Part shown: positions 24,296 through 36,983 of the stretch, piece after piece
Layout: each line of letters opens with the position of its first letter
How positions within the stretch are numbered: position 1 is the stretch's first letter
DNA from: Hemiscyllium ocellatum
Lineage: Eukaryota
DNA: 64,000 nt
NCBI RefSeq assembly: GCF_020745735.1
Contig: NC_083409.1
Coordinates: 15,223,873-15,287,872 of the forward strand
Direction: 5' to 3'
Made by a program: the position numbers and the translations under genes
Notes under the pieces: generated by a model
Database searches by the model: none
Told to the model about the DNA's origin: nothing
What the model saw: the letters and a program-made list of their open reading frames with translations, nothing else

Positions 24296-25139
24296 AGGAG
24301 GAGGCTGTTCAGCCCGTCATGTCAGTGCTAGCTGTTTACTAACCTCACTCACAATGAACATCTCCGTTGAATGTCTATTGTTGGGAAGTAATTGAATCTG
24401 GTTTAGAGACAGAATGTCTGACAAATATGAACAGATCAGAGTAAGTCAGCATGGATTTAAAAAGGGTCAGACATTTTTAACTAACCTGGTTACATGTTTT
24501 AACGAGGTCACTAATGTGGGAGATAAGGGAATGTGTTGTTTATATGGACGTCCAGATGACATTCAAGGAAGTTTCACATAAGTGTTATAATGTTATCGTT
24601 GGAACAAAGAGATGACAGATAAACATATTCTGGATCTTGCTGCACAAATGAATTCTCAAATAAATCTCAGACATGTTGGTGAACTTGGGGTTTTATCAGA
24701 GGAATGAGCTGAAGGAAATCAGTTGTTGAGGAAAATGGTTCTGGGAAAATTAAAGTGTGTTAAATCAGCAGGGCCAAATAATCTATTTTCAGGAGTGCTT
24801 CAGGAAGTGGGTTGTAAAATATTAGAAACATTGATGGTTATCTGTTTGTCGACTGTGGAATAGGTCAAACAGAGTGGAGGGAGCTAATTTAACACGATTA
24901 TTGAAAGAGAGAGAGAGAGATAGAGAGGGGGAAAATCAAACATTTTAGACCAATTAGCTAGAAATCAGCAGTGGAGAAAATGCTCAAGTTCATTACAAAA
25001 TATTTGATAGCTTAGCACTTTGAAAACAGTGACAGAACTGGAGATAGTAAGCATGAATTTTCGAAAGGGAAATCATGCTTAAAAAATTGACTGGAATTGT
25101 TTGAGGATGTAGTGAGTGGATTTGATAAGGGGGGGCCAT

Positions 25140-28100
25140 GGATATGGTTTGTTTGGACTTTGTAAAGGGAGTAGATCGGCGGTTCTGTGGTCAAAGACAA
25201 GACTCACGAATAGCATGTTGCCTCCCAGCTGTACGGCTCAGGGATGTCTCAGATCGGCTACAGGACATTCTGAAGGGGGAGGTAAACAGCTAACTGTGAC
25301 TGTTCATGTAGGCACCGATGATATTGGTAATAAATGGGATGAGGTTCCGACAAGCAGAATTTAGGGAGTTAGGAACCATATTAAAATGTAGGATCTCAGA
25401 GGTAGTAATCTCAGGATTGCTCCCAGTGCCATGTGCTAGTCAGAGTCGAAATGAAAGTATAGGCAGGATGAATGCGTGGCCTGAGAGATGGTGCAGGAGG
25501 GAGGGGTTCAGATTTTTGGGACATTGGGACTGGTTCCTGGGGAGGTGGGACAATTACAAATCGAGTGGTCTACACCTGGGCAGGACTGAAACCAGTGTCC
25601 TGTGGGATATGTTTGATCACGTTCAAAATAGTGTAGCAGAGGGATGGGAACCAAATGAGGAAGTTAATGGACAATAAGGAGGGAGTAACTAAAGCCTGTC
25701 AGGAACTAGATATTGAAGTTAGCGTGACTAAGGTTAAGAGTAGGTCGGGGGCAGATGATGAAAGCAAAGGGACAGATGGTCTGAGGTGTATTGTTTTAAT
25801 GTGAGAAGTGTAGTAGGTAAGGCAGAGGAATTTTGGGCTTGGATTAGTATCTGGGAGTATGATGTTATTGCTATTACTGAGACGTGGTTGAGGGAAGGGC
25901 AAGATTGGCAACTAAATATCCCAGGATACAGATGTATCCGATGGGTTTGAGAGGGAGGTAAAAGGGATGGAGGAGTTGCATTATTGGTCAGAGTGGTTAT
26001 CATAGGTGTGCTGAAGGAGGGCACTATGGAGGACTCGAGCAGTGGGGCAATATGGGCAGAGCTCAGAAACAGGAAGGGTGCAGTAACAATGTCGGTGCTA
26101 TCCTACAAGGCTCTAAGAGTGAACGTGGGATAGAGGTACAAATATGTAAACAGATTATGGAAAGATGTAGGAGTAACAAGGTGGTGGTGATGGAAGATTT
26201 TAATTTTCCCAACATTGACTGGGATTCACTCAATGTTAGAAGTTAAGATGGAGCAGAATTTGTAAGGAGCATCCAGGAGGATTTTACAGAGTAATGTGGA
26301 AATAATCTAACTCAGGAAGGGGCCAGGTATTGGGGAATGAGCCCGGCCAGGTGGTTGAAATTTCACTAGGGGATTATTTTGGTAACAGTGACCACAATTC
26401 CATAAGTTTTAGAATACTCATGGACAAAGACGAGAGTGCTCCGAAAGGAAGATGGCTAAACTGGGGGAAGGCCAACTATAGCAAAATTTGGCAGGAGCTG
26501 GGGAATGTGGATTGGGAATAGCTGTTTAAAGGGAAATCCATATTTGATATGTGGGAGGCTTTTAAAGAGAGGTTGACTCGAGTCAGGGCAGACATGTCCC
26601 TGTGAAAATAAGGGATTGAAATGGCAGGATTAGGGAACGCTGGATGATAGATGAAATTGTGAGCATAGCTAAGAGGAAAAAGGATGCATACATATGGTCG
26701 AGGTAGCTGAAAACAGGCAAAGCTTTGGAAGAATATCGTGAAAGTAGGACCAATCTGAAGTGAGGAATTAAAAGGGCTAAAAGGGGTCACAAAATATCAT
26801 TAACAAATAGGATTAAGGAAAATCCCAAATCCTTTTATTCATATATAAGGAGCAAGAGGGTGACTAGAGAAAGGGTTGGCCCACTCAAGGAAAAAGGAGG
26901 AAAGTTATGTGTGGAGTCAGAGAAAATTGATGAGATTCTTAATGAGTGCTTTACGTCGGTATTCACCAAGGAGGGGGAAATGACAGATGTTGAAGTTGGG
27001 GATAGATGTTTGTTTATTCAGGGTCAAGTAGGTTTAAGGAGGGAGGAAGTGTTGGGTATTTTAAAAGGCATCCAGGTGGACAAGTCCCCAGGTCGGGATG
27101 GGATTGATCCCAGGTTACTGAGGGAAGCAAGAGAGGAAATAGCTGGGGCCTTAATCAATATCTTTGTAGCAACTTTGAACATGGATGAGGTCCCAGAGGA
27201 CTGGAGAATTGCTAATGTTTAAAGAAGGGTAGCCAGGATAATCCAGGCAACTATCAACCAGTGAGCCTGATGTAGTGGTAGGGAACCTGCTGGAGAAGAT
27301 ACTGAGGGATAAGATCTATTTACATTTGGAAGAAAATTGACTTATTAGTTATAGGCAGCATGAATTTGTGCAGGGAATGTCATGTCTTACCATCTTTATA
27401 GAATTTTTTGAAGAAGTGATGAAGTTGATTGATGAGGGAGGGCTATGGATGTCATACACATGGATTTCAGGAATGCGTTTGATAAAGTTCCCCATGGCAG
27501 CCTGATAAAGAAATTTAAGTCGCATAGGGTCCAGAGTGTACTCACTAGATGGATAGAGAACAGGCTGGGCAACAGAAGACAGACGGTAGTAATGGAAGGA
27601 GTTTCTCAAAATGGAGAACAGGAATCTGTGCTGGTACCGCTCTTGTTTATGATATACATAAATGATCTGGAGGAAGGTATAGGTGGACTGATTAGCAAGT
27701 TTGCAGATGACTCTAAGATTGGTGGAGTAGCAGATATTGAAAGGGACCGTCAAAGAATGTAGCAGAATATAGACAGATTGGAGAGTTGGGCAGAGAAACG
27801 GACGGATGGAGTTCAAACCAGGCAAATGCGATCTGAAGAAATTTGGAAGATCCAAATCTGGAGTAAACTGTACGGTGAATGGAACACCCTGGGAAAATTG
27901 ATGCCCAGAGAGACCTGGGTGTTCAGGTCCATTGTACCCTGGAGGTGGCAACACAGGTCGACAGAGTGGTCAAGAAGGCATATGGCATACCTTCCTTCAC
28001 CAGACGTGGTATTCAGCACAAGAGTTGGAAGGTCATATTAGAATTATATCAGATTTTGGCCTGGCCACATTTGGAATACTGCGTACAGTTCTGGTTGCCA

Positions 28101-28620
28101 CATTACCAGAAAGATGTGGATGCTTTGGAGAGGGTGCAGAGGAGTTTCACCAGGATTGCCTGGTATGGAGGGTGCTAGCTATGAAGAGAGGTTTAGTAGA
28201 TTAGGATTATTTTCATTAGAAAGTCGAACGTTGCGGGGGGAACCTGATTGGGGTCTACAAAATCATGAGAGATATAGACAGGGTGGATAGCAAGAAGCCT
28301 TTTTCCCAGAGTGGGGGACTCAATTACTCTGGGTCATGAGTTCAAAGTGAGAATGGAAACATTTAAGGGAGATATGTATGGAAAGTTCTTCACACAGAGA
28401 GTGATTGGTCCTGGAACACGTTGCCAGTGGAGGTGGTAGAGGCAGGTACAATAGCATCATTTAAGATATATCTAGATAGATACATGGATGGGGAGGGAGC
28501 AAAGGGAGACAGACCATTGGGAAATTGATGACAGGTTTAGATGGAGGATTTGGACCAGTGCAGTCTAGTAGGGCCGAAGGGCCAGTTCTTGTGCTGTAAT
28601 TTTCATTGCTCTTTGGTCTT
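25140..28620 (+). mobile_element. Near full-length degenerate CR1 LINE
   Basis: VHVGTDDIG / VVISGLLPVP ORF1 esterase; DVIAITETWL endonuclease; MDFRNAFDKVPH and LISKFADDSK RT motifs. Confidence 0.9.
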
Positions 28621-29900
28621 TGAACTGAGGAAGCTCAAAGGAACAGCGTGATCTTGGGGTGCTTCTCCACTGATCCCTGAATATGGTAAGACAGGTTAAC
28701 AGAGCAGTTATGAAGGCATAGGGGACACTTGCCTTTGTCATGTCAGGTATCGGTTATAAAAGCAGGAGGAGATGTGGCAGTTAAGCAGAACATTGGTGAG
28801 GCCACAGCTGGAGTACTGTGTGCAGTTCAGGTCACCACACTGTAGGAAGGATGTGATTGCACTGGATGGGGTGCAGAGGGGAATCACCAGGATGTTGTGT
28901 GGGATGGAACCTCTCAGTGATGAAGAGAAATTGGATTAGCTCGGGTTGTTTTCTTCAGAGCAGAGAAGGTGGAGGGGGGATCTGATAGAGGTGTATAAGG
29001 TTATGAGGGGATTGGACAGGGAGGAGAGAAAGCAGCTGTTCTCCTTCTTGGGAGGGTCAATAACAAGTTGGCTCACATTCAATGTCAAAGATAGGAGGTT
29101 TCAAGACGTTTTGAGAAAAGTGTTTTTTACCCAGAGGGTGGTGGGGGTCTGGAACGCACATCCTGGGAGGGTAGTTGACGTGGGAAACCTCACAAACTTT
29201 AAAAAGTAGTTGGGTGAGCAGTTGAAATATCAGAACATTCAAGCTATGGGCCTGATGTTGGAAAGTGGGACTGGTGTAGGTTTACTGTAGTTTGGCTAGT
29301 ACACAGTTAATGGGCTGAAGGGCCTCTTCTATACTGTGTGATTTTATGTTTCTGTTGTGTGCAGTTTTGGTCTCCTTACCTGAGGAAGGATGTTCTGGTT
29401 GTGGAGGGAGGGCAGCGAAGGTTTACCAGACTGATTCCTGGGAGGACAGCACTTAGATCTGATGAGAAACTGGATCAGTTAGGATTATATTCACTGGAGT
29501 TTAGAAATTTGAGAGGAATCACATTGAAACCTGTAAAATCCTAACAGGACAAGACCAGAAAACACAGGAATTATGTTCATGATGACTGGAGAATCCAGAA
29601 CCAGGAATTACAGTTTAAAGAAAATGGAAAGGCCATTTCGGACTGAGATAAGGAACAGTTCTTTAGCCAGAGAGTGGGAAGCTGGTGGAATATTCTGTCA
29701 CAGAAAGCAGTTGAGCTCAAAACATTAAATGTTTTCAAGAAAGCGACAGGTATAGATCTTAGGACTAAAGGGATTAAAGGTTATGGAGAAAAAATGGGAA
29801 CAGGAGACTAAGTTGGATGATCAGTCATGGTCATATTGACTGGCAGAGCTGACTCGAAGGGCTGAATGGCCTCCTCCTGCTCCTAGTTCCTCTGTTTCTA
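28620..29900 (+). mobile_element. Tandem CR1 3' fragments
   Basis: Repeated RT C-terminal remnants and CR1 3' UTRs. Confidence 0.75.
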
Positions 29901-29939
29901 TGTTTGAGAGACTGTTCATAAACATGGAAACATGTGGAA

Positions 29940-30930
29940 TTGTAGAGTCATAGAGTCATCGAGTCCTACAGCACAGATACAGGCCCTTTGGCCCAAACCA
30001 GACCATGCTGACCAAAATATCCATCCACACAAACCCCATTTGCCCTGCACTTGGCCCATATCCTTCAAATTACATACTATCTATGTATTTGTCCAAATAC
30101 CTTTTAAATGTTGTTCATGTACCCTCCTCAATCATTCCATACGACTACCACCTTCTGTGTAAAAATGATGCCCCTCAGGTTCCCGTTTATTCTAACCTTC
30201 AACTGATGCCCTCTAGGCCTTGATTCCCCAACCCTGGGACAAAGACTGAGTGCATTCACCCTATCCATGTTTCTCAAGATCTTATACACTTCTAAAAGAT
30301 TCCCCTTTAGTCTCCAACATTCTTAAGAAAAATGTCCTAGCTGGCCCAAACTCTCCCAAAAACTCAGATGTTGAAACCTGGCAACATCCTTGTAAATTTA
30401 TTCTGCACTCTTTCCAGTTTAATAATATCCTTCATATAACAAGGTGACCAAAACTGAACACAATACTCCAAGTGCAGCCTCACCAACGTCATGTACAATT
30501 GAAACATAACTTCCCAACTTCTACACCCAGTGCCCTGACTGATGACGGCCAGTGTGCCAAAAGCCTTCTTCACTGCCCTGTCTAACTGTGACTCAACTTT
30601 CAGAGAACTGTGCACCTGAACTCTGAGATCCCACTGTTTCACTACAGTCCTGAAGGCCTTACCATTCACCATGAAACTCCTACCTTGATTTAACTTTCCA
30701 AAATGCAAGACCTCATACTTATCTACATTAAACTCAATTTATCATTTCTTTTCCCACTTCCACAGCTGATCAAGGTCCTGTTACAATATCTGATAACCTT
30801 CCTCATTGTCCACAATACCGGCTATTGTAATGTCTTCTAAATCATTGATATTGATAACAAACAATAATGGGCCCAGCATCAATCCTGAGGCACTCCACTA
30901 GACTCAGGCCTCCAGTCTGACAAGTATCCT
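29940..30930 (-). mobile_element. CR1 RT 3' fragment
   Basis: HFGKLNQGRSF...VRLHLEYCVQFWSP on the minus strand. Confidence 0.85.
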
Positions 30931-31577
30931 TCCACTATGTCCCTCTGCTTTCTCCCATTCTCGCCAGTTAGAGAAAAGTATTTATCTTTGGTCAGAAATT
31001 AGTTTGGAGGTAGGAGACAGAGAGGAGGGATAATGTGTGTGCTCTCCAATGAGCAAAATCTGGATAGTGGTGTCCCCAGGGAATTGGGCTGGAACCTCAG
31101 CATTTCACGATATTTCTAAATGACTTGGATGAAGGAATAGACAGCCATATATCCAAGATTGTTGATCACACTGAGTGAGGCAGTTTGAAGGAGGTTACAG
31201 AGATAGGGAGAGTGGAGGACAGGGAGGGACTTGAGAACAAGGATGAGAATTTGAAAATCAAGGTGTTGCTGGACCAGGAACCAATGTAGGCACAGGGCGC
31301 AGGGGGTTGGAGGAATGGGATTTGATACGAGTTTAGATATGGGGCAGCAGAATTTGGGATGAGCTGAAGGTTACGGAGGGCAGTGGCTGTGATGTGTGCA
31401 AGCGCAACATTGGTATGGTCATGTTTGGAGTCCCATGCACATGACAGAGATTTTCAGTTGCTGATCTTTGTGAGATGGAGGATATGGTGCTCAGATCAGC
31501 CCCAAAGATGAGGCCAAGTTTGTAAAGAGTCTGGTTGAGCAGCAGGCAGTGCTCAGGGAGAGGGATGGAATTTGTAC

Positions 31578-31856
31578 TGGGAGCTGAAGGGGAATGGCTT
31601 TGATCTTCCCAATGTGTTTCCCAGTGAGCCTGGCTCCTCAGTCCTGACTGCTCTTAGCTGCTGTGATTGTCACTGATTGGACACTTATTATTAGAGATTC
31701 TGACCACAGCAGAAAGCCCCAGTGTAAAAAATAACTGCAAAGACTGTCAGATCGCAAGGTTGAAACTTCACCAAAAGAGGAAGTGAAATAAAGAGCTCGG
31801 AGCAGCTGGATGTTTGTTACTGAGACGGGAGAAAACTGTGAACTGTCTGCACTCCC
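31578..31856. promoter_or_regulatory. Candidate upstream B-cell enhancer, cluster 2 copy
   Basis: GGAAGTGAAA 31779-31788, CAGCTG 31803-31808, AGAAAGCCCC 31711-31720 and ACCACA 31703-31708, about 5.1 kb upstream of the V2 ATG. Confidence 0.55.
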
Positions 31857-33466
31857 AAGAACCTGACAGCACAGGAGGCTGGTTCTGGGATTTTTCTTTT
31901 CAGAAACAGCACAGTGATGGGGAAAAAGGACAGTCACTCTCTCACAAACACATACACCTGCACTCGGAGATCAGAAACAGAATCCAGCAGCAGCTCTGTC
32001 TCCAAGCTGTAAAACCTGAATGGAATTGTTCCCTCATTCAGTTTTTAACTGGCAGGATAGACCAAGCAGGGGAGGCAACACAGTGGTGTGTACAGTCGGA
32101 AGGGAGTTGCCCTGGGAGTCCTCACCATTAACTATGGAACCCATGAAGCCTCATGACAGCAGGTCAAACATGGGGAAGGAAACCTCCTGCTGATTACCAC
32201 ATAGCACCGCCCTCCACTCCAACCTCAACTGAGCAGTCAGTCCTCCTCCATGTTGACCAACACTTGGAGGGAGCACTGAGGGTGGGAAGGATGCAGGATA
32301 TACTCTGAGTAAGGGACTTCAAAGCCCACCATCAAGAGCTGCTCAGAAGCATCACTACTGAGCAAGTTGGTCAAGTTCCACCTGATTCAGCTGCTAGACT
32401 GGACCTGGGGCAAGTGGTGAGGGAACCAACAAGAGGGAAAATCATACTCACTATCACCCTCACCAACCTGCCTGCTGCTGGTGTATCTGTCCATGACAGT
32501 ATCAGTAAGGGTGACAACTGCACAGTCCGTGTGGAGACAAAATCCCATCTTCACATTGAGATTACCTTGCATTTTGTTGGGCAAGAGATATGGGATGTCA
32601 GGAAGAACTTTTTTTAGCAGCAATTGGTAATGACTTGGAAATTAGTGCCCATTCAGGTGAGGCAGGTGAAGACACTCAGTGATGGCAATGGCAGATTGGA
32701 TGGGCTCTTGATGGAAATAAACCTGCAAGGCCCTGGCTGTCGAGTAGGGGAGGGGGTGGGACTGACTGGATTGCTCCATGAAATGACAGCATTTACACAC
32801 TTAGTCTCACCTTTACACAAAGACTGGGAGAAACAGACAAACCAGTTCACAGAAATGTTTTCTCAAGCAAAACACTCTTGAACCAACTCAGAGAACACAC
32901 CAGTCTAGATTTACTAGAATAAAGCAGCAAATCAATGGCAAGGGAACAGCGACCCAAAAGTGTTGGAACTGAACAGTATATTCAATATCACAAACAACGA
33001 GAGAGGGAGGGATGAAGGGCAGGAAGGCAGAGAGGATACTCTCGGGGTCTGAAGGCTCTGCTGTCAATGGTGGGATGGAGGAAGCAACAATGGGCAGGAG
33101 ACCAGAGACAGAAGGTGGAAGGGGGAGGGAGGGAATGTGAGTCTACAGCAGGACACAGAGTGAGGGAGGAGGGAGGCCATGGAGGCAATTGGCTGGCAGT
33201 GAGGTCAGATTCTAGAACAACTGTAGTTGTGAGACAGGGAAGGGATCACTCCATATCAGACAAGTTGGGGTTTATGGAATGTGGCTTCAGGAAGCTGGGA
33301 GAGGACATTGAAATCATAGAGTCAGGAGGTGGGATGAGCAGGAATTGGGGTTTCTGTGGTCAAGAGAGTGAGGTAATGCAGAGACAAACAATGTTGTGCA
33401 GATTGAAATAAGAGACCTACGTAATGGACAGGATGTGGGGTTACAGCTCAGGTACTGGACAGTCCG

Positions 33467-35045
33467 GTGGGAAGGAGGCCCATGTTTACTGTTTATTGGT
33501 CCTATGGGAAGGTGCCCCATGTTTACATCATCATAGAGTCATAGAGGTTTACAGCGTGGCAACAGGCCCTTCTGCTCAACTCATCCATGCCGACCAAGTT
33601 TCCAAAACTGAACTAGTCCCATCTGCATGCGTTTGGCCCAATCCTCTCTAAATCCTTCCTATCCATGTTCCTGTAAAAATGTCTTTGAAATCTAGTAATT
33701 GTACTCCCCTCTACCATTTCCTCTGGCAGCTCATTGCACATACACACCAACTTCTGTGTGAAAAGATTGTCTCTCAGGCCCCTTCTAATTCTTTCCCATC
33801 TCAACTTAAAAGTATTCCTTCTCATACTAGACTCTCCTACCCTGGGGAAAAAAAAACTTTGGCTATTCACCTTATCTATGGCCCTAATGATTCTATAAAC
33901 CTGTCTAAGGTCACCCCTCAATCTCCTGCATTCATTGGAAAAATCTCTCGGACTATCCATCCTCGCCTTGTAATTCAAACTCACCAACCTTGGTAACATC
34001 CCTGTTAATCTTTCTTTTATCCAAACCAGTGTAATAACTTCCTTCCTATAGCAGGGTAAGCAGGAATGTACACAGTGTCCAAATGTGGCCTTACCAATGC
34101 CTTGTACAGCTGTAACATGATGTCCCAGCTCCTGTACTCCCTGCTTTGACCAGTGAAGGTGAGCGTGCCAAATGCCTTCTTCACCACCCTCTCTACCTGT
34201 GACACCACTTTCAAGGAACTATGCACTTGTACCCCTCAGTGTCTCTGTTCAACAACACTCCCCATGGCTCTACCATCAGTTGTGTAATTCCTGCCCTAGT
34301 TGGTCTTACCAAAATGCAACTCCTTGCATTTATCGAAATTAAGCTCCATCTGGATTTGTTGACCCACTGGCCCAGTTGATGAAGATGACATTGCATTCTT
34401 AGATAATCTTCTTACCTGTCCACGATGCCAACAATTTTAATGTCAGCCACAAACTTACTGACATTCCTGCTATTTTCTCATACAAATTGTTCATGTAAAT
34501 GATGAACAACAGTGGATCCAGGATCGATTCTTGTGGAAGATGGCTGGTCACTGGCCTCCAGTCTCAAGATCAACCCTCTCTCACCAGCCTCTGCCTCCTA
34601 CCATCAGGCCCATTTTATATCCAATTGGTTAACTCTACCTGGATCCTCTGTGATATAATCTTACTAAGCAGTCTACAATGGGGAACCTTGTCTAAGGCCT
34701 TGCTAAAGTCCATGTCGACGATGTGTACTGATCTATCTTAAGCTATCTATTTCTTCAAAAACTCAACTATCCACTTGTCACCATTAGAAGGACAAGTGAA
34801 TAGGAGGCCCACATTTACTGGTCTTCTTGGAGTATCCAGTCAGAAGGAGGTCCATGTTTACTGGTTTCCTTTGGAGAGTCCATTACGAAGGAGGCCAACA
34901 TTTATTGGAGGCTCAAGCAGGAACAATGCCCATGTTTACTGGTCTCTATTGGGAGCTCAGTGGGAAGGAGGCCCATGTCTCTCTATGGGGCACTCTCGTG
35001 AACTGACGTCCATGTTTACTGGACTCTGTTGGAGAGTCCAGTGCA
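33467..35045. repeat. Degenerate ~40-45 bp minisatellite (gaaggaggcccatgtttactgg...) split by a CR1 insertion at ~33530-34770
   Basis: About 2 units at 33467-33526 and about 6 units at ~34795-35045. Confidence 0.75.
33530..34770 (-). mobile_element. CR1 RT 3' fragment
   Basis: VHIVDMDFSKALDKVPH through to the CR1 tail on the minus strand. Confidence 0.85.
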
Positions 35046-35519
35046 GTGTGGACACCATGGTGGGTGTGGGGTTCAGTTCCTTTCTGTTGTAACTGTGTGA
35101 TGGTCCAACCCTCATCCCAGTAAAACACACTGACTCAGAGACTGATCGTAGAAGGGGAAGGAGAGGGGAAGGGATTGGAACATGTTGTGAATGGACAGGA
35201 TGGGTTAGTGGGTCAGAGCCTGTGCTGTCCCTCCAGCTCACACTGATGGCCTGAGGATCTCCTCTCTCTGCTGGGCCTTCATGGAATGAGGTTTGTGTCC
35301 AAACCAGTCCCCAGTGAGAATAGGCCAACAGCACAGAACTGCCCTTCATTTAACAAGAATCTGTCCATCTTCCTGAGAGATACCAAAACCTGGTCAATGT
35401 GGAAATGGGCCTTTACTCCAGGAGAAGACATGCTTCTGGGGTCAAGGGTTAACATCCATTAGTGGGGCAGAGCAGAGAGAGATATATCCTGAATTCAACT
35501 GTCACCACCTGGGACACTG

Positions 35520-35860
35520 TGAGAAAGAGAGAGAAGTGAGACAGAGAGAGAGAAATAGAGGCCGAGTGGGCTGCGGAGAATGAGGGAGAAACAGAGGGAG
35601 AAATAGAGAGGGGCAGATAACATTTGGAGGCTTTCAATTGAAGTGAGAGATGGAGCGAGTGACGAAGACAGTGAGAGATGGAGAAAGATTATGAGACGGA
35701 GTGAGGAAGCGTGAGTGAGTTGGAGGGAGTGGCTATGAGACAGAGTGAGAGAGAGGGAATATGAGAGAGATTAACAGTGGGAGAGAGAGATAGATGTAGA
35801 GAGATCAAAGTAGCAGATGTGAGACAGAAAGGGGAAAAGAGAGAGAGAGAGAGAGAAAGG
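35520..35860. repeat. GA-rich polypurine tract upstream of V2
   Basis: Low-complexity GA sequence, paralogous to 10100-10775 but shorter. Confidence 0.85.
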
Positions 35861-36828
35861 TCCTGATCACCACATTCTGGGAAGGATGTGATTGTACTTG
35901 AGAGGGGGCAGAGGAGATTTCCCAGGATGCTGCCTGGGATGAAGGGTCAGCTATGAGGAAAGATTGGAAAGGTTGGGGCTGTTTTCCTTGGAGCATTGAA
36001 GGTTGAGAGGGACCTGATAGAGAGGTATAAGATAAGGCAGTGATATGTTGCATAGGAAGGCACTTTATACAAGAGTAAAGGACTCAATAACCAGGGACAG
36101 AGATTGAAGGTAACACAGACATGGACACATTGAAACTTGGAGCAGGAGCAGGCCATTCGGCCCTTTGAATCTTATGTGTCATTCAGTATGATCATGGCTG
36201 ATCCTCTCTCTCAATGCTGTGCTGCTGCTTTCTCCCTATTTCCTTCATGCTGTTAAAACACAAAACAACTCTTTTCTTTCTTGAATATATTCAGTTCCTT
36301 GTCCTCCACAGCCGTTTGTGGTAGAGAATTCATCAGGTTGACCATTCTCTGAGTGAAGAAATGTTTCCTCATCTCAGTCCTAAATGGTCTACCCTGTATC
36401 CCCCTGAGCCTGTGTCCCCTGGTTCCAGATTCTCCAACCAGGGGAAACCTCCTCCCTGCCCAGCCCTGTTACAATTTTATGTGTTTCAATCAGATCCCCT
36501 ATCATCCTTCTAAACTCGAGTGACTCCAGGCCCAGTTGAGTTGCAGAGTGAGAGGAGAATTGAGGAGAAATGTTTTCACCCAGAGGGTGGTGGGAGTCTG
36601 GAACTCACTGCCTAAAAGGCTGGTTGAGTCACAAATTCTCGTGACATTGGAGCAGTGTTTAGATATTCCCTTGTGTTGCTATAGCCCCCAGGGTAATGGG
36701 CCATGAGCTGGAGGATGGGATTAGTGTCATCACATCTTTGTTTACCAGCACAGATACAATAGGACAAATGGCCTCATTCAGTGCTGTTCACATCAATCAC
36801 TCTCTGAGACAAAGAGAGAGAGAGAAGT

Positions 36829-36923
36829 GGAAGTGTGAGGGGCTGACGTGGCTCTCTCTACCTGATGCCATTTACATACTGAGGAACACCCAGTCAGACT
36901 CTCACAGGCTGCAGCTTTATAAA
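36829..36923 (+). promoter_or_regulatory. V2 promoter: Ets box, TGACGTGG, variant octamer, PU box, TATA box
   Basis: GGAAGT 36829-36834; TGACGTGG 36844-36851; ATTTACAT 36870-36877; GAGGAA 36881-36886; TTTATAAA 36916-36923, about 60 bp before the ATG. Confidence 0.8.
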
Positions 36924-36983
36924 GCAGAGCCCAGTGAAGGGAGAGTTTATCAGGAACCAGGCACAGGGACAGGAGCACACACC

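Noticed and set aside
20362-28620. Active LINEs or host esterase/polymerase genes
   Set aside because: The SGNH-esterase ORF1 and EN/RT ORF2 are standard for CR1, and both copies have many stops and frameshifts.
34795-35045. CRISPR-like array
   Set aside because: Eukaryotic DNA with degenerate units, no constant repeat or unique spacers, and no cas genes.
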